In this document: positions 17,447 through 25,273 of the stretch, one piece after another
How the letters are laid out: every line of letters starts with the position of its first letter
How positions within the stretch are numbered: the first letter of the stretch is position 1
IMG/VR virus record: IMGVR_UViG_3300016484_000752
Coordinates: 1 to 40,534 of that record
Origin: a virus
Taxonomy: Duplodnaviria > Caudoviricetes
Direction: 5' to 3' (one strand)
DNA: 40,534 bases
Notes under the pieces: model-generated
What the model was told of the DNA's origin: nothing
The model's input: the letters and a program-made list of their open reading frames with translations, nothing else
Databases searched by the model: none
Program-made: the position numbers and the translations under genes

Positions 17447-18903
17447 CCGACCTTGTCATCAACACCGGCACCGCCGACATCCAGCTGACGGTTGACACCG
17501 TCACCCAACAGGTCACGCTGGAGCTCGCCGAACAGCCCGGTTACATCCTCTACGTCAACACCGGCGTTCCGGGCGGCGTCACGGCCGACGGCGTGCAAAG
17601 CCTGTCCAACAAAACCCTGCTGGACCCAAAGCTCGACGACGCCATCCTCGACGCCGCAGGCGCCGTGCTGCTGCAGTCCAGCGCCACGGCCAGTGCGGTG
17701 AACTACGTGTCCGTCTCCAACGCCGCCACCGGCAGCGGCCCCACACTCAGCGCCGCCGGCACTGACACCAACATCGACCTGAACCTGGCCGGCAAAGGCT
17801 CCGGCAGCGTCAAGATCGGCACCTACGTGGTGCTGACCACCAACACCGGCGTCACGCCGTCCGGCGCCCAGACGCTCAACGACAAAACGCTGGCCAGCGC
17901 CAAGATCACCACCGGCCTGTTCGACAGCAACGGCAACGAGCTGATCAAGATCACCGCCACCGCCAGCGCCGTGAACGAAATCACCGTGGCCAACGCCGCC
18001 ACCGGCAGCGGCCCGACCATCAGCGCGACCGGTGGCGACACCAACATCGACCTGAACCTCGCCGGCAAGGGCTCAGGCGGCGTCAAGGTCGGCACATACG
18101 AGGTGCTCACCACCAACACCGGCGTGACGCCCGCAGGCACACAGACGCTGACGAACAAAACGCTCACCAGCCCGAAGGTCGGCACCGCCGTGCTGGACAC
18201 CAACGGCAATGAGCTGATCAGCGTCACCGCCACCGCCAGCGCCGTGAACGAAATCACCGTTGCCAACGCCGCCACCGGCAGCGGCCCGACCCTCAGCGCC
18301 ACCGGGGGCGACACCAACATCGACCTGAACCTGGCGGCCAAAGGCACCGGCGCGGTCAAGATCGGCGGCAGCGTCATTCAGACCGCCGGCAAACAAACCG
18401 CCTGGGTGCCCGCGCTGGCCATGACGCCGCGCACCACCAACGGCGCAGCGCGCGGATCGGTGGAGACCACCACCAACAAGGTCATGATCTCCACGCTCGA
18501 CTTTGATGCCGCGGTGGTCGAATACGCGCAATTCAGCGCCAAGATGCCCAAGGGCTGGAACGAAGGCACGGTGTCTGCCGTGTTCGAGTGGTCCCACGCG
18601 GCCACCACCACCAACTTCGGCGTGGCCTGGAGCCTGGCCGCCGTGGCCATCAGCGACGGCGACGCCATCGACGCCGCGCGCGGCACCGCGCAGACCGCCA
18701 CCGACACCGGTGGCACCACTGACACCAAATACAGCACGTCCGAGACATCGGCCGTCACCATTGCCGGCACGCCGGCTGTGGGTGACTGGGTGGTGTTCGA
18801 GGTGGCCCGCCAGGTAGCCAACGCGGGCGACACCCTGGCCATCGACGGGCGCCTGCACGGCCTGTGGCTGCTCTACACCACAGACGCCACGAACGACGCG
18901 TGA
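17443..18903 (+). CDS. Tail fibre protein with three 91-aa tandem repeats
   Basis: Thr/Ser/Gly-rich. QTLTNKTL...NAATGSGPT..DTNIDLNL..KG occurs three times, followed by a C-terminal beta-sandwich-like domain. Confidence 0.8.
   Translation: MTDLVINTGTADIQLTVDTVTQQVTLELAEQPGYILYVNTGVPGGVTADGVQSLSNKTLLDPKLDDAILDAAGAVLLQSSATASAVNYVSVSNAATGSGPTLSAAGTDTNIDLNLAGKGSGSVKIGTYVVLTTNTGVTPSGAQTLNDKTLASAKITTGLFDSNGNELIKITATASAVNEITVANAATGSGPTISATGGDTNIDLNLAGKGSGGVKVGTYEVLTTNTGVTPAGTQTLTNKTLTSPKVGTAVLDTNGNELISVTATASAVNEITVANAATGSGPTLSATGGDTNIDLNLAAKGTGAVKIGGSVIQTAGKQTAWVPALAMTPRTTNGAARGSVETTTNKVMISTLDFDAAVVEYAQFSAKMPKGWNEGTVSAVFEWSHAATTTNFGVAWSLAAVAISDGDAIDAARGTAQTATDTGGTTDTKYSTSETSAVTIAGTPAVGDWVVFEVARQVANAGDTLAIDGRLHGLWLLYTTDATNDA
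17578..18366 (+). repeat. Three tandem 273-bp coding repeats
   Basis: GTGAACGAAATCACCGT occurs at 17971 and 18244 (period 273 bp). A more diverged copy lies upstream. Confidence 0.9.
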
Positions 18904-18915
18904 GGGACGCCGCAC

Positions 18916-19977
18916 ATGCTGCAAATCAACCAACTCACGGGCTTCGGCGCCACGTCCGACGCGGGCGGCGGCCCCACGTCACAGACGTTTCTGGCGCTGG
19001 CGCACAGCGGCTCGCCCTATGTGTCGGTGTACACCTTTGGCGCGTCGGGGTTTGGCTCGCGCTACAGCGACGCGGCCACGCCGCCGGCCAACATCGGGCG
19101 CGGTGTGGCGTTCTCCCCTGCGGGCACGGAGGTGGCGGTGGCGCACAGCATCACGCCCTTTGTCAGCGCGTGGCCGTGGGCGCCCGGGTTTGGCACCAAG
19201 TTCTCCGACCCGGCCACGCTGCCCGCCAGCACCGGCAACGCGGTGGCCTTTGCCGACAACGGCGCGGCCATCGCGGTGGCGCATGCCACCACGCCGTTTG
19301 TCAGCGCCTACGGGTGGTCCAGCAGCGGGTTTGGGTCCAAGTTTTCCAACCCCGCCACACTGCCGGCCAGCACGGGCAACGGCGTGGCCTTTGCGCCCGG
19401 CAGCGGCGCCATTGCGGTAGCCCACAACACCACGCCGTTTGTCAGCGCCTACCCGTGGTCCGGGTCCGGCTTTGGCACCAAGTTTTCCAACCCCGCCACA
19501 CTGCCGGGCACCCAGGGCTGGGCCGTGGCGTTCAGCCCTGCGGCAGACGCCATCGCGGTGGCGCACGCGGCCTCTCCCTACGTCAACGCCTACCCGTGGT
19601 CAGGGTCCGGCTTTGGCACCAAGTTTTCCAACCCCGCCACGCTGCCGCCCGCCCTGTGCCGTGCTGTGGCCTTCAGCCCGGACGGAGCCACGCTGGCCGT
19701 CACCAGCGACAGCTCGCCCTATGTGCTGGCCTACCCGTGGTCCGGGTCCGGATTTGGCACCAAGTTTTCCAACCCGGCCACGTTGCCGGCCGGCGCTGGG
19801 TACGGCGTGGCATTCAGCGACGCCAGCGACGCCATTGCGGTGGCGCATGCCACCACGCCGTTTGTCACCGCCTACCCGTGGACGTCTGGCACCGGCTTCG
19901 GCACCAAACACGCCAACCCATCCAGCCTGCCCGCCGGGCAGGGCATCGGGGTGGCCTTCAAAACCATTGCCGTGTGA
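18916..19977 (+). CDS. Seven-bladed repetitive beta-propeller (WD40-like), probable receptor-binding protein
   Basis: Seven ~47-aa repeats IAVAHxxxPFVSAYPWSGSGFGTKFSNPATLPxxxGxxVAF, after a short leader MLQINQLTGFGA. Confidence 0.8.
   Translation: MLQINQLTGFGATSDAGGGPTSQTFLALAHSGSPYVSVYTFGASGFGSRYSDAATPPANIGRGVAFSPAGTEVAVAHSITPFVSAWPWAPGFGTKFSDPATLPASTGNAVAFADNGAAIAVAHATTPFVSAYGWSSSGFGSKFSNPATLPASTGNGVAFAPGSGAIAVAHNTTPFVSAYPWSGSGFGTKFSNPATLPGTQGWAVAFSPAADAIAVAHAASPYVNAYPWSGSGFGTKFSNPATLPPALCRAVAFSPDGATLAVTSDSSPYVLAYPWSGSGFGTKFSNPATLPAGAGYGVAFSDASDAIAVAHATTPFVTAYPWTSGTGFGTKHANPSSLPAGQGIGVAFKTIAV
18988..19960 (+). repeat. Seven tandem ~141-bp coding repeats
   Basis: AAGTTTTCCAACCC at 19339, 19480, 19621 and 19762 (period 141 bp). 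Confidence 0.92.
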
Positions 19978-19990
19978 TCGGCCCCAGCCC

Positions 19991-20299
19991 ATGAACTACA
20001 CCCAACTGGACGAACCCGCCTACCGCCACGCCGTCATTGCCGACGCCGTGCACGCCCGCGAGGTCGAGCACTGGCACTACGCCTTCGACGCCGCCAACTT
20101 CCGCCGCCTGCTCGAAACCGAGCCTGAGGGCGTGTACCGCGAAGAGCTGCTGACGCGCCTGCACGACACCCAGGTGCAAATGGGCCGCGTGGCCGCCATC
20201 CGCGCCGCGCTGCTCGCCCAGGTGACCGACACCGCCGCCTATGCCGCCGCCTGCCGCGCTGCCGCCGCCCGCCGCGCCGCCACCCCAGCCCAAGGATGA
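19991..20299 (+). CDS. Helical hypothetical protein, possible chaperone of the propeller
   Basis: 102 aa starting MNYTQLDEPAYRH. Phage-like codon usage. ATGA overlap with the next gene. Confidence 0.65.
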   Translation: MNYTQLDEPAYRHAVIADAVHAREVEHWHYAFDAANFRRLLETEPEGVYREELLTRLHDTQVQMGRVAAIRAALLAQVTDTAAYAAACRAAAARRAATPAQG

Positions 20300-20832
20300 C
20301 CCACACCATGACCACCGTCACCCAACCCGTCGCGCCGTTTGCCCTGGTCGAAACCCGCGACGGCGCCACCCGCGTGCTGCGCCTGCAGGACTTCAACGGC
20401 CAGCCGCCTCTGCTGCCCGCCGAAAAGGGCCTGGAGTGGCTGCCCTGGGTGGACACCCCGCGCCCTGACTACGACCCCGCCACCCACGCCCTGCGCGAGC
20501 TGGATGTGGACACCCTCAGCGGCCGCGCCCAGCGCGTGTGGGAGGTGTACCCCCTGCCCGACGAAGTGGCCGCCGCCAACCTGCGCGGCGAAGTGCCCCA
20601 CGTCGTCACCATGCGCCAGGCGCGTCTGGCGCTGCACCGCGCCGGGCTGCTGACCAGCGTCAACGCGGCCCTGGCCGCGCTGCCCGAGCCCGCCCGCACA
20701 GAGGCGCAGATTGAGTGGGAATACGCCACCGAAGTCAGCCGCCACTATGGCCTGGTGCAGGCCCTGGGCCCCGCGCTCGGGCTGGGTGATGACCAGCTGG
20801 ACGCCCTGTTCAGCGCCGCATCGCTGCTGTGA
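20296..20832 (+). CDS. Tail fibre assembly-like protein
   Basis: PDYDPATH and C-terminal VTMRQARLAL...IEWEYATEV...QLDALF, typical of fibre-associated proteins. Confidence 0.7.
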   Translation: MTHTMTTVTQPVAPFALVETRDGATRVLRLQDFNGQPPLLPAEKGLEWLPWVDTPRPDYDPATHALRELDVDTLSGRAQRVWEVYPLPDEVAAANLRGEVPHVVTMRQARLALHRAGLLTSVNAALAALPEPARTEAQIEWEYATEVSRHYGLVQALGPALGLGDDQLDALFSAASLL

Positions 20833-20842
20833 GGCGCCCGCT

Positions 20843-21478
20843 GTGTCCACCCTCCACACCAGCGCCGCAGCCGCCCTGCTGGCCACCCTGATCGCCTGCG
20901 GTGGCGGCCTGGCCGATGACCCCGCCAGCGCCGCCACCGACGGCGCACCGGCGGCCGAAGTGCAAGGCTTCACCGCCAGCGCAGCCAGCGCCACCACCAC
21001 CCGCCGCACCCGCCCGGTGCAAGTCGCCATGTACGGCGACAGCCTCACCGTCAACCGCGTGCTGCAGATCGCCGGCGGCGCTTTCCTGGCCGCGGACTAC
21101 GCCGTGTGGGGCCAGGGCAGCTTCGCGCCCCTCAACCCCGCCGATCACGCGCCCGTGGTCGTCATCCGCTACGGCATGGCCGACTCCATCCGCCAGATGA
21201 CGCCCGCCGAAACCGTGGCCAACGTCACCGCCTTGGCCGCCCAGGTGCGCGCCCAGGGCCGCCGGCCGATCATCGTCGGCATGCCGTGCCTCGACAGCGA
21301 CCTCGGCGCCGCCACCGCCCAGGCCATGCGCGCCGTGCAAGACGTAGACGTCACACCCGGCTGTGGCCCGGTGCCCCGCACCACAGACGGCATCCACCCC
21401 ACGGCCGAAGAGCACGCGCGCATGGACGCCATCATCCGCGCCGCCGCACTGGCGGCCCTCCACGACGCCGGTCTGTGA
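20843..21478 (+). CDS. SGNH/GDSL-family esterase lipoprotein
   Basis: GAGG SD plus GTG at 20843. Lipobox LIA-C. Block I YGDSLT, block III YGMAD, block V DGIHP. Confidence 0.8.
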   Translation: MSTLHTSAAAALLATLIACGGGLADDPASAATDGAPAAEVQGFTASAASATTTRRTRPVQVAMYGDSLTVNRVLQIAGGAFLAADYAVWGQGSFAPLNPADHAPVVVIRYGMADSIRQMTPAETVANVTALAAQVRAQGRRPIIVGMPCLDSDLGAATAQAMRAVQDVDVTPGCGPVPRTTDGIHPTAEEHARMDAIIRAAALAALHDAGL

Positions 21479-21531
21479 CCGGCTGAAAGCAACCCGCACG
21501 GAAGAAAACCCAGAGCAGCAGAGCCGCCACC

Positions 21532-21885
21532 ATGACACCGCCAGCCACCGCCCACCACCAGCACCCCCCGCCGCAGGACACCGACGTGACCTTGACCCCT
21601 GAAACCCTGGCCTTTCTGGAGCAGCGCATGACGGCCGCCGTGCGCGCCGGCATCGAGGGCGCCATGACCGAAGAAACCGCCGCCGCCTTCTGGAGCGCCG
21701 GCCTGCGGGTGCTGCAAAAGCAAGCCAGCGAACACACCGGCCGCTTTGTCATCGGCGGCCTGTGGGGCCTGGCCCGCCGCGCCGGCATGTTCCTGATGCT
21801 GGGCGGCATCGTCTACGCGATCGGCGGCTGGACCGCCCTGGCCAAGCTGTGGCAAGTGCTGTGGAGCAGCGGGAGCGCGACATGA
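21532..21885 (+). CDS. Holin-like membrane protein
   Basis: C-terminal hydrophobic segments and ATGA overlap with the endolysin. Alternative GTG start at 21586 after AGGA. Confidence 0.6.
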   Translation: MTPPATAHHQHPPPQDTDVTLTPETLAFLEQRMTAAVRAGIEGAMTEETAAAFWSAGLRVLQKQASEHTGRFVIGGLWGLARRAGMFLMLGGIVYAIGGWTALAKLWQVLWSSGSAT

Positions 21886-22598
21886 CCATCCTCACCACAT
21901 CTCCCAGAGGCCTGTCCCTCATCAAACAATTCGAGGGCTTCCGCGCCCAGGCGTACCAAGACGTGGTCGGCGTCTGGACCATCGGCTACGGCTTCACAGA
22001 AGGCGTCACCGAAGGCCAGCACATGACCCGCGCGCAGGCCGACGCCCGTCTGGCAACCGAGCTGCTGCGCTACGAGGCCGCCGTGCTGGCCGCGTGCAAA
22101 GTGGAGCCGAACCAAAACCAGTTTGACGCGCTGGTCAGCCTGGCGTGGAACATCGGCCCTGGCGCCATGGCCAAATCCAGCGTCATCAAAGCCCACAACC
22201 GTGGCGACACCCAGGCCGCTGCCCGCGCGTTCGGCCTGTGGAACAAAGCAGGCGGCAAAGAATGGCCCGGCCTTGTCCGCCGCCGCGCCGCCGAGGCGGC
22301 AATCTACCTGGAACCCACGATCGGTGCCCTGCCGCAGACCATGCCGCAGCAAGTGGACGAACCCCGCACGCCGGCCAGCAGCCGCACCATCGCCGGCCAG
22401 GTGGCCGTGACCGCCGGCACAGCCGCCGCCAGCGCGGTCGAGGTGCTCACCAAAGACCTGCAGACCGCCCAGACCACATTGCAACCGCTGGTTGAGATGG
22501 CGCCCGTCCTCAAGTGGGCATTTGTGGCCGTCGTCCTGGCCGGCGTGGCGCTGACCGTCTGGGCCCGCGTGGATGACTGGCGCAACGGACGGCGGTGA
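21882..22598 (+). CDS. Endolysin, GH24 lysozyme with C-terminal hydrophobic/TM tail
   Basis: Catalytic E-x8-D-x5-T (EGFRAQAYQDVVGVWT), NQFDALVSLAWNIG, GLVRRRAAE, TM segment WAFVAVVLAGVALTVW. Confidence 0.93.
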   Translation: MTILTTSPRGLSLIKQFEGFRAQAYQDVVGVWTIGYGFTEGVTEGQHMTRAQADARLATELLRYEAAVLAACKVEPNQNQFDALVSLAWNIGPGAMAKSSVIKAHNRGDTQAAARAFGLWNKAGGKEWPGLVRRRAAEAAIYLEPTIGALPQTMPQQVDEPRTPASSRTIAGQVAVTAGTAAASAVEVLTKDLQTAQTTLQPLVEMAPVLKWAFVAVVLAGVALTVWARVDDWRNGRR

Positions 22599-22599
22599 C

Positions 22600-22755
22600 A
22601 TGCACGGCAAGCGCAAACCCCGCACCATCAAAACCGAGCGCCAGCGCGAACAGCGCCGCACCGCCCGCGAACGCCAGGACGCTGCAGACCGGCGCCAGCG
22701 GTACGAGCTGGAGAACTACCCGGTGCGGGACGATCAGCCGAGGTATCGACCGTGA
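22600..22755 (+). CDS. Small Arg-rich hypothetical protein (51 aa)
   Basis: Starts 1 nt after the endolysin stop. GTGA overlap with the next ORF. Confidence 0.5.
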   Translation: MHGKRKPRTIKTERQREQRRTARERQDAADRRQRYELENYPVRDDQPRYRP

Positions 22756-22994
22756 CCGGCGAAGAAGACAGCCTGCAAGCGTTTGAAGCCGCCATGCGCT
22801 GGCACGGCTTCAACCCGCCGGAGCGCGCCACCAGCGCGCATGCGTTCGCCCCCTACAACTCGGTCCGCGACTCCGACCGCTACCGAGGCTGGTGCATGGC
22901 GCGCGAAGCAGCCGCGGCAGAAGCTCAGCGACTGCGCAGCGTCGAGACTGCGATGGACTCAACATGCTCTACACCCACGCCGCCGCCGCCCTGA
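22752..22994 (+). CDS. Hypothetical protein (80 aa)
   Basis: GAGGT SD, coupled start, fills the gap to Rz. Confidence 0.55.
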   Translation: MTGEEDSLQAFEAAMRWHGFNPPERATSAHAFAPYNSVRDSDRYRGWCMAREAAAAEAQRLRSVETAMDSTCSTPTPPPP

Positions 22995-23416
22995 TCGCCG
23001 CCACGCTGGCCGCTGCCGGCACCTGGCGCGTGCAAGAGTGGCGCCACGCCGCCATCGATGCAGATCGCACCGCCGCCGCGCAGGAGGCCCGGCGCAACCA
23101 CGAGCGCGCCACGCGCGAGACCGAAACCCGCCGACAACGAGAGGTGACCCATGCTCAACAACAAGCCGCTGACCGCGCCAGCGTGGCGCGGCGCGATGCT
23201 GACAGCGCTCGCGCTGAGCTTGATCGGCTGCGCGACGACATCACCACAGCCCGAGCCGATGCCGTGCCCGGCAGTGCCTGCGCCGCCAGTGACCGCCGAG
23301 CCGCTGCCGCAGAGCACCTACTCGCTGAGTGCAGCGCAGCTTATCAAGGCCTGGCGCGAACGGCTGACGGCCACGCGGGAGACGTCCGCACCTTGATGCA
23401 GGCGTGGCCGAAGTAG
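22964..23416 (+). CDS. Rz: Inner-membrane spanin (Rz-like)
   Basis: N-terminal TM segment (AAAALIAATLAAAGTW), coiled coil, Cys residues. Follows the endolysin. Confidence 0.82.
   Translation: MLYTHAAAALIAATLAAAGTWRVQEWRHAAIDADRTAAAQEARRNHERATRETETRRQREVTHAQQQAADRASVARRDADSARAELDRLRDDITTARADAVPGSACAASDRRAAAAEHLLAECSAAYQGLARTADGHAGDVRTLMQAWPK
23151..23396 (+). CDS. Rz1: Outer-membrane spanin lipoprotein embedded in Rz (+1 frame)
   Basis: GAGGTG SD, lipobox LIG-C, Pro-rich mature part. Lies fully inside Rz. Confidence 0.85.
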   Translation: MLNNKPLTAPAWRGAMLTALALSLIGCATTSPQPEPMPCPAVPAPPVTAEPLPQSTYSLSAAQLIKAWRERLTATRETSAP

Positions 23417-23449
23417 CCCGGCGGCAGGTGTCAACCACCGCTTGACAAC

Positions 23450-25090
23450 TCACCCGCCCTCAACGTCTTCGGCCGCGATGCAGCGGCCGGTTTTTTTGTC
23501 GATGCGCAGCAGGCGGCCGGTGCCGCCGCGGGCGATCAGGAGCATGTCGATCTGGCCGTTGGGCGTCTCGGCCGGGCGGATGCCGTGGTGGTAGATGACG
23601 ATCGCGGCGAAGGTGTCGGCCACGAGCTGGCGGGCCTGCAGGCGGGCGTCTACGTCTTGGGCTTCGACGCCTTCGGCGAGGGTGCGCCAGGATTCGTCGG
23701 CGCCGGTCAGGTCGGCGCGGGCTGCGGCGGCCAGGTCGCGCTCTGCGGCGTCGACGGCGGCCTGGGCGCTGGCCTGCTGGGCTTCGAGCTCGCGGGCTTT
23801 GCGGGCCCAGGCCATGGGCGTACCCTCGGGGCCGGCGCTGAGCAGGGCGGCGGTGATGCGGTCGATCTGCTCGGTGATGTGGGCCAGGTGCTGGCGGGCG
23901 TTGGCCAACGTGGCGCGCGGTGCGGCGGCGCGGTCGGCGCCCTGCAGCGATTGCAGGTTGGCCAGGTCGGCGCACCAGGTCATCAGGGCGCGCTCGATCG
24001 GCGCGACGGAGACGCTGCCGGGCACGGGGCAGCGGTCGCCGTGGGTGTTGCTGGTACACAGCAGCCGGCGGTGGCCGTCGTGGATGCGGCCGTCGGGCTG
24101 GCGGCGGCGCGTGCCGATGTTCTGCCCGACGATGGCGCGGCCGCAGTACCCGCAGGTGGTGATGCCCAGCCCGGTGATGATGTGCGGGACCGGCCCGCTG
24201 GCCTTGCGCCGGCCGCGCCCGGCGGCCAGGGCCTGCAGGGCGTCCCATTCTGCTCGGCTGAGCAGGGCGGGGTAGTACCCGGGCAGGCGCCAGGCGGTGC
24301 CGTCCAGCGTGAGTTCTTTCTCACCCAGCAGGGCGCGCTGGTGGATCAGGCGGTAGATCTGCAGGCTTTGTGACCCGCGCGGCGTGAGCGACAGGCCCTG
24401 GGTGTGCAGCCGCGCCACGATGGCGCTGGCACCGTGTCCCATGCGGTACAAGCGCAAGGCCTCCAGCACGGCGGCGGCGCGCTCGGGCACGATGTGCCAG
24501 GCGTCGTCCCGGCGGGTGATCCACGCGGGGTCTTTGCCGTTGCGGATGACGCCGCGCCAGGTGCCGGCCATCCACTGCTCACACTGCCGGCGGATGGCGG
24601 CCTTGACGCGTTTGGCCTTGGTGTCGCTCTCTTCGTGCGCGCGGATCATCACCAGCAAACTGTAGACCAGGTCCATGGGGTTGACCTTGAGCCGTTCGCG
24701 GCTGTAGGCCTTGCCGTCGCTGGCTGTGACCACCGTCAGGCCGGCGTTGATGATCTGCGCCAGCTGGGCCTGCGCCTGGATGGGCTCAGCGCGTGAGAGG
24801 CGGTCCAGCGCTTCGACCACCAGCACAGAGCCGGCCGGTACGCGCCCGGCTTCGACCGCGGCCAGAAACGTGCCCAGCGCGCCCGAGCGCACATGCTGCT
24901 GGTGATAGGCGGATAATCCCTCATCCCGCAGCGTGAGCGATTCGTCCAGCACCAGACCGTGCTCGGCCGCCCAGCGCGCCGCGTAAGCGGCCTGCCGCTC
25001 GCTGCTGCTGCCCGCCGCCTGGCGCGGATCGGAAAACCGCAAATACGAATACACCCGCGCCACCCCGGCGCCACCACTGTCCACCACCAT
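23450..25090 (-). CDS. int: Large serine integrase
   Basis: YLRFS catalytic Ser, DEGLSAY, VEALDRLSR, recombinase domain, Zn ribbon CGYC...C..C, coiled coil. Confidence 0.95.
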   Translation of the reverse strand: MVVDSGGAGVARVYSYLRFSDPRQAAGSSSERQAAYAARWAAEHGLVLDESLTLRDEGLSAYHQQHVRSGALGTFLAAVEAGRVPAGSVLVVEALDRLSRAEPIQAQAQLAQIINAGLTVVTASDGKAYSRERLKVNPMDLVYSLLVMIRAHEESDTKAKRVKAAIRRQCEQWMAGTWRGVIRNGKDPAWITRRDDAWHIVPERAAAVLEALRLYRMGHGASAIVARLHTQGLSLTPRGSQSLQIYRLIHQRALLGEKELTLDGTAWRLPGYYPALLSRAEWDALQALAAGRGRRKASGPVPHIITGLGITTCGYCGRAIVGQNIGTRRRQPDGRIHDGHRRLLCTSNTHGDRCPVPGSVSVAPIERALMTWCADLANLQSLQGADRAAAPRATLANARQHLAHITEQIDRITAALLSAGPEGTPMAWARKARELEAQQASAQAAVDAAERDLAAAARADLTGADESWRTLAEGVEAQDVDARLQARQLVADTFAAIVIYHHGIRPAETPNGQIDMLLIARGGTGRLLRIDKKTGRCIAAEDVEGG

Positions 25091-25190
25091 GTCTCAATCC
25101 CCCGTGAACCCAGCCCGCGTGCCCAGTATAGGGATGGTATCGCTTGGGTGCCCGAAGGATAGGCCACTTAAACCGCCGCCCAGGACGTGA
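25089..25190 (+). other. rimO: attP region encoding a replacement 5' end of rimO (33-codon mini-ORF)
   Basis: Reads MSQSPVNPARVPSIGMVSLGCPK-DRPLKPPPRT*. (I/V)GxVSLGCPK is the RimO N-terminal signature. Imperfect dyad centred on GGG-TG-CCC (25146-25153). Confidence 0.85.
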
Positions 25191-25217
25191 AAAAGCCCGC
25201 TTTGTGCGGGCTTTTTT
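25190..25217. terminator. Bidirectional intrinsic terminator
   Basis: AAAAAGCCCGC-tttgt-GCGGGCTTTTTT, giving a U-tract on both strands. Confidence 0.9.
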
Positions 25218-25231
25218 GGGGGCGAAATTGG

Positions 25232-25272
25232 ACGCCGGCAGTCGCCAATTTGTCATCTGTTGCTATAGTTTT
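25232..25272. repeat. ~40-bp direct repeat, copy 1
   Basis: ACGCCGGCAGTCGCCAATT-N8-GTTGCTATAGTTTT. Confidence 0.85.
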
Positions 25273-25273
25273 A

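Noticed and set aside
17578-19960. Tandem repeats as a CRISPR array or DGR template/variable repeats
   Set aside because: Periods of 273 and 141 bp are codon multiples within ORFs, there are no unique spacers, differences are not adenine-specific, and no cas or reverse transcriptase gene is present.
23450-25090. Serine recombinase as a tail-fibre invertase (shufflon)
   Set aside because: It has the 546-aa integrase architecture, and no inverted fibre cassettes or flanking inverted repeats were seen.
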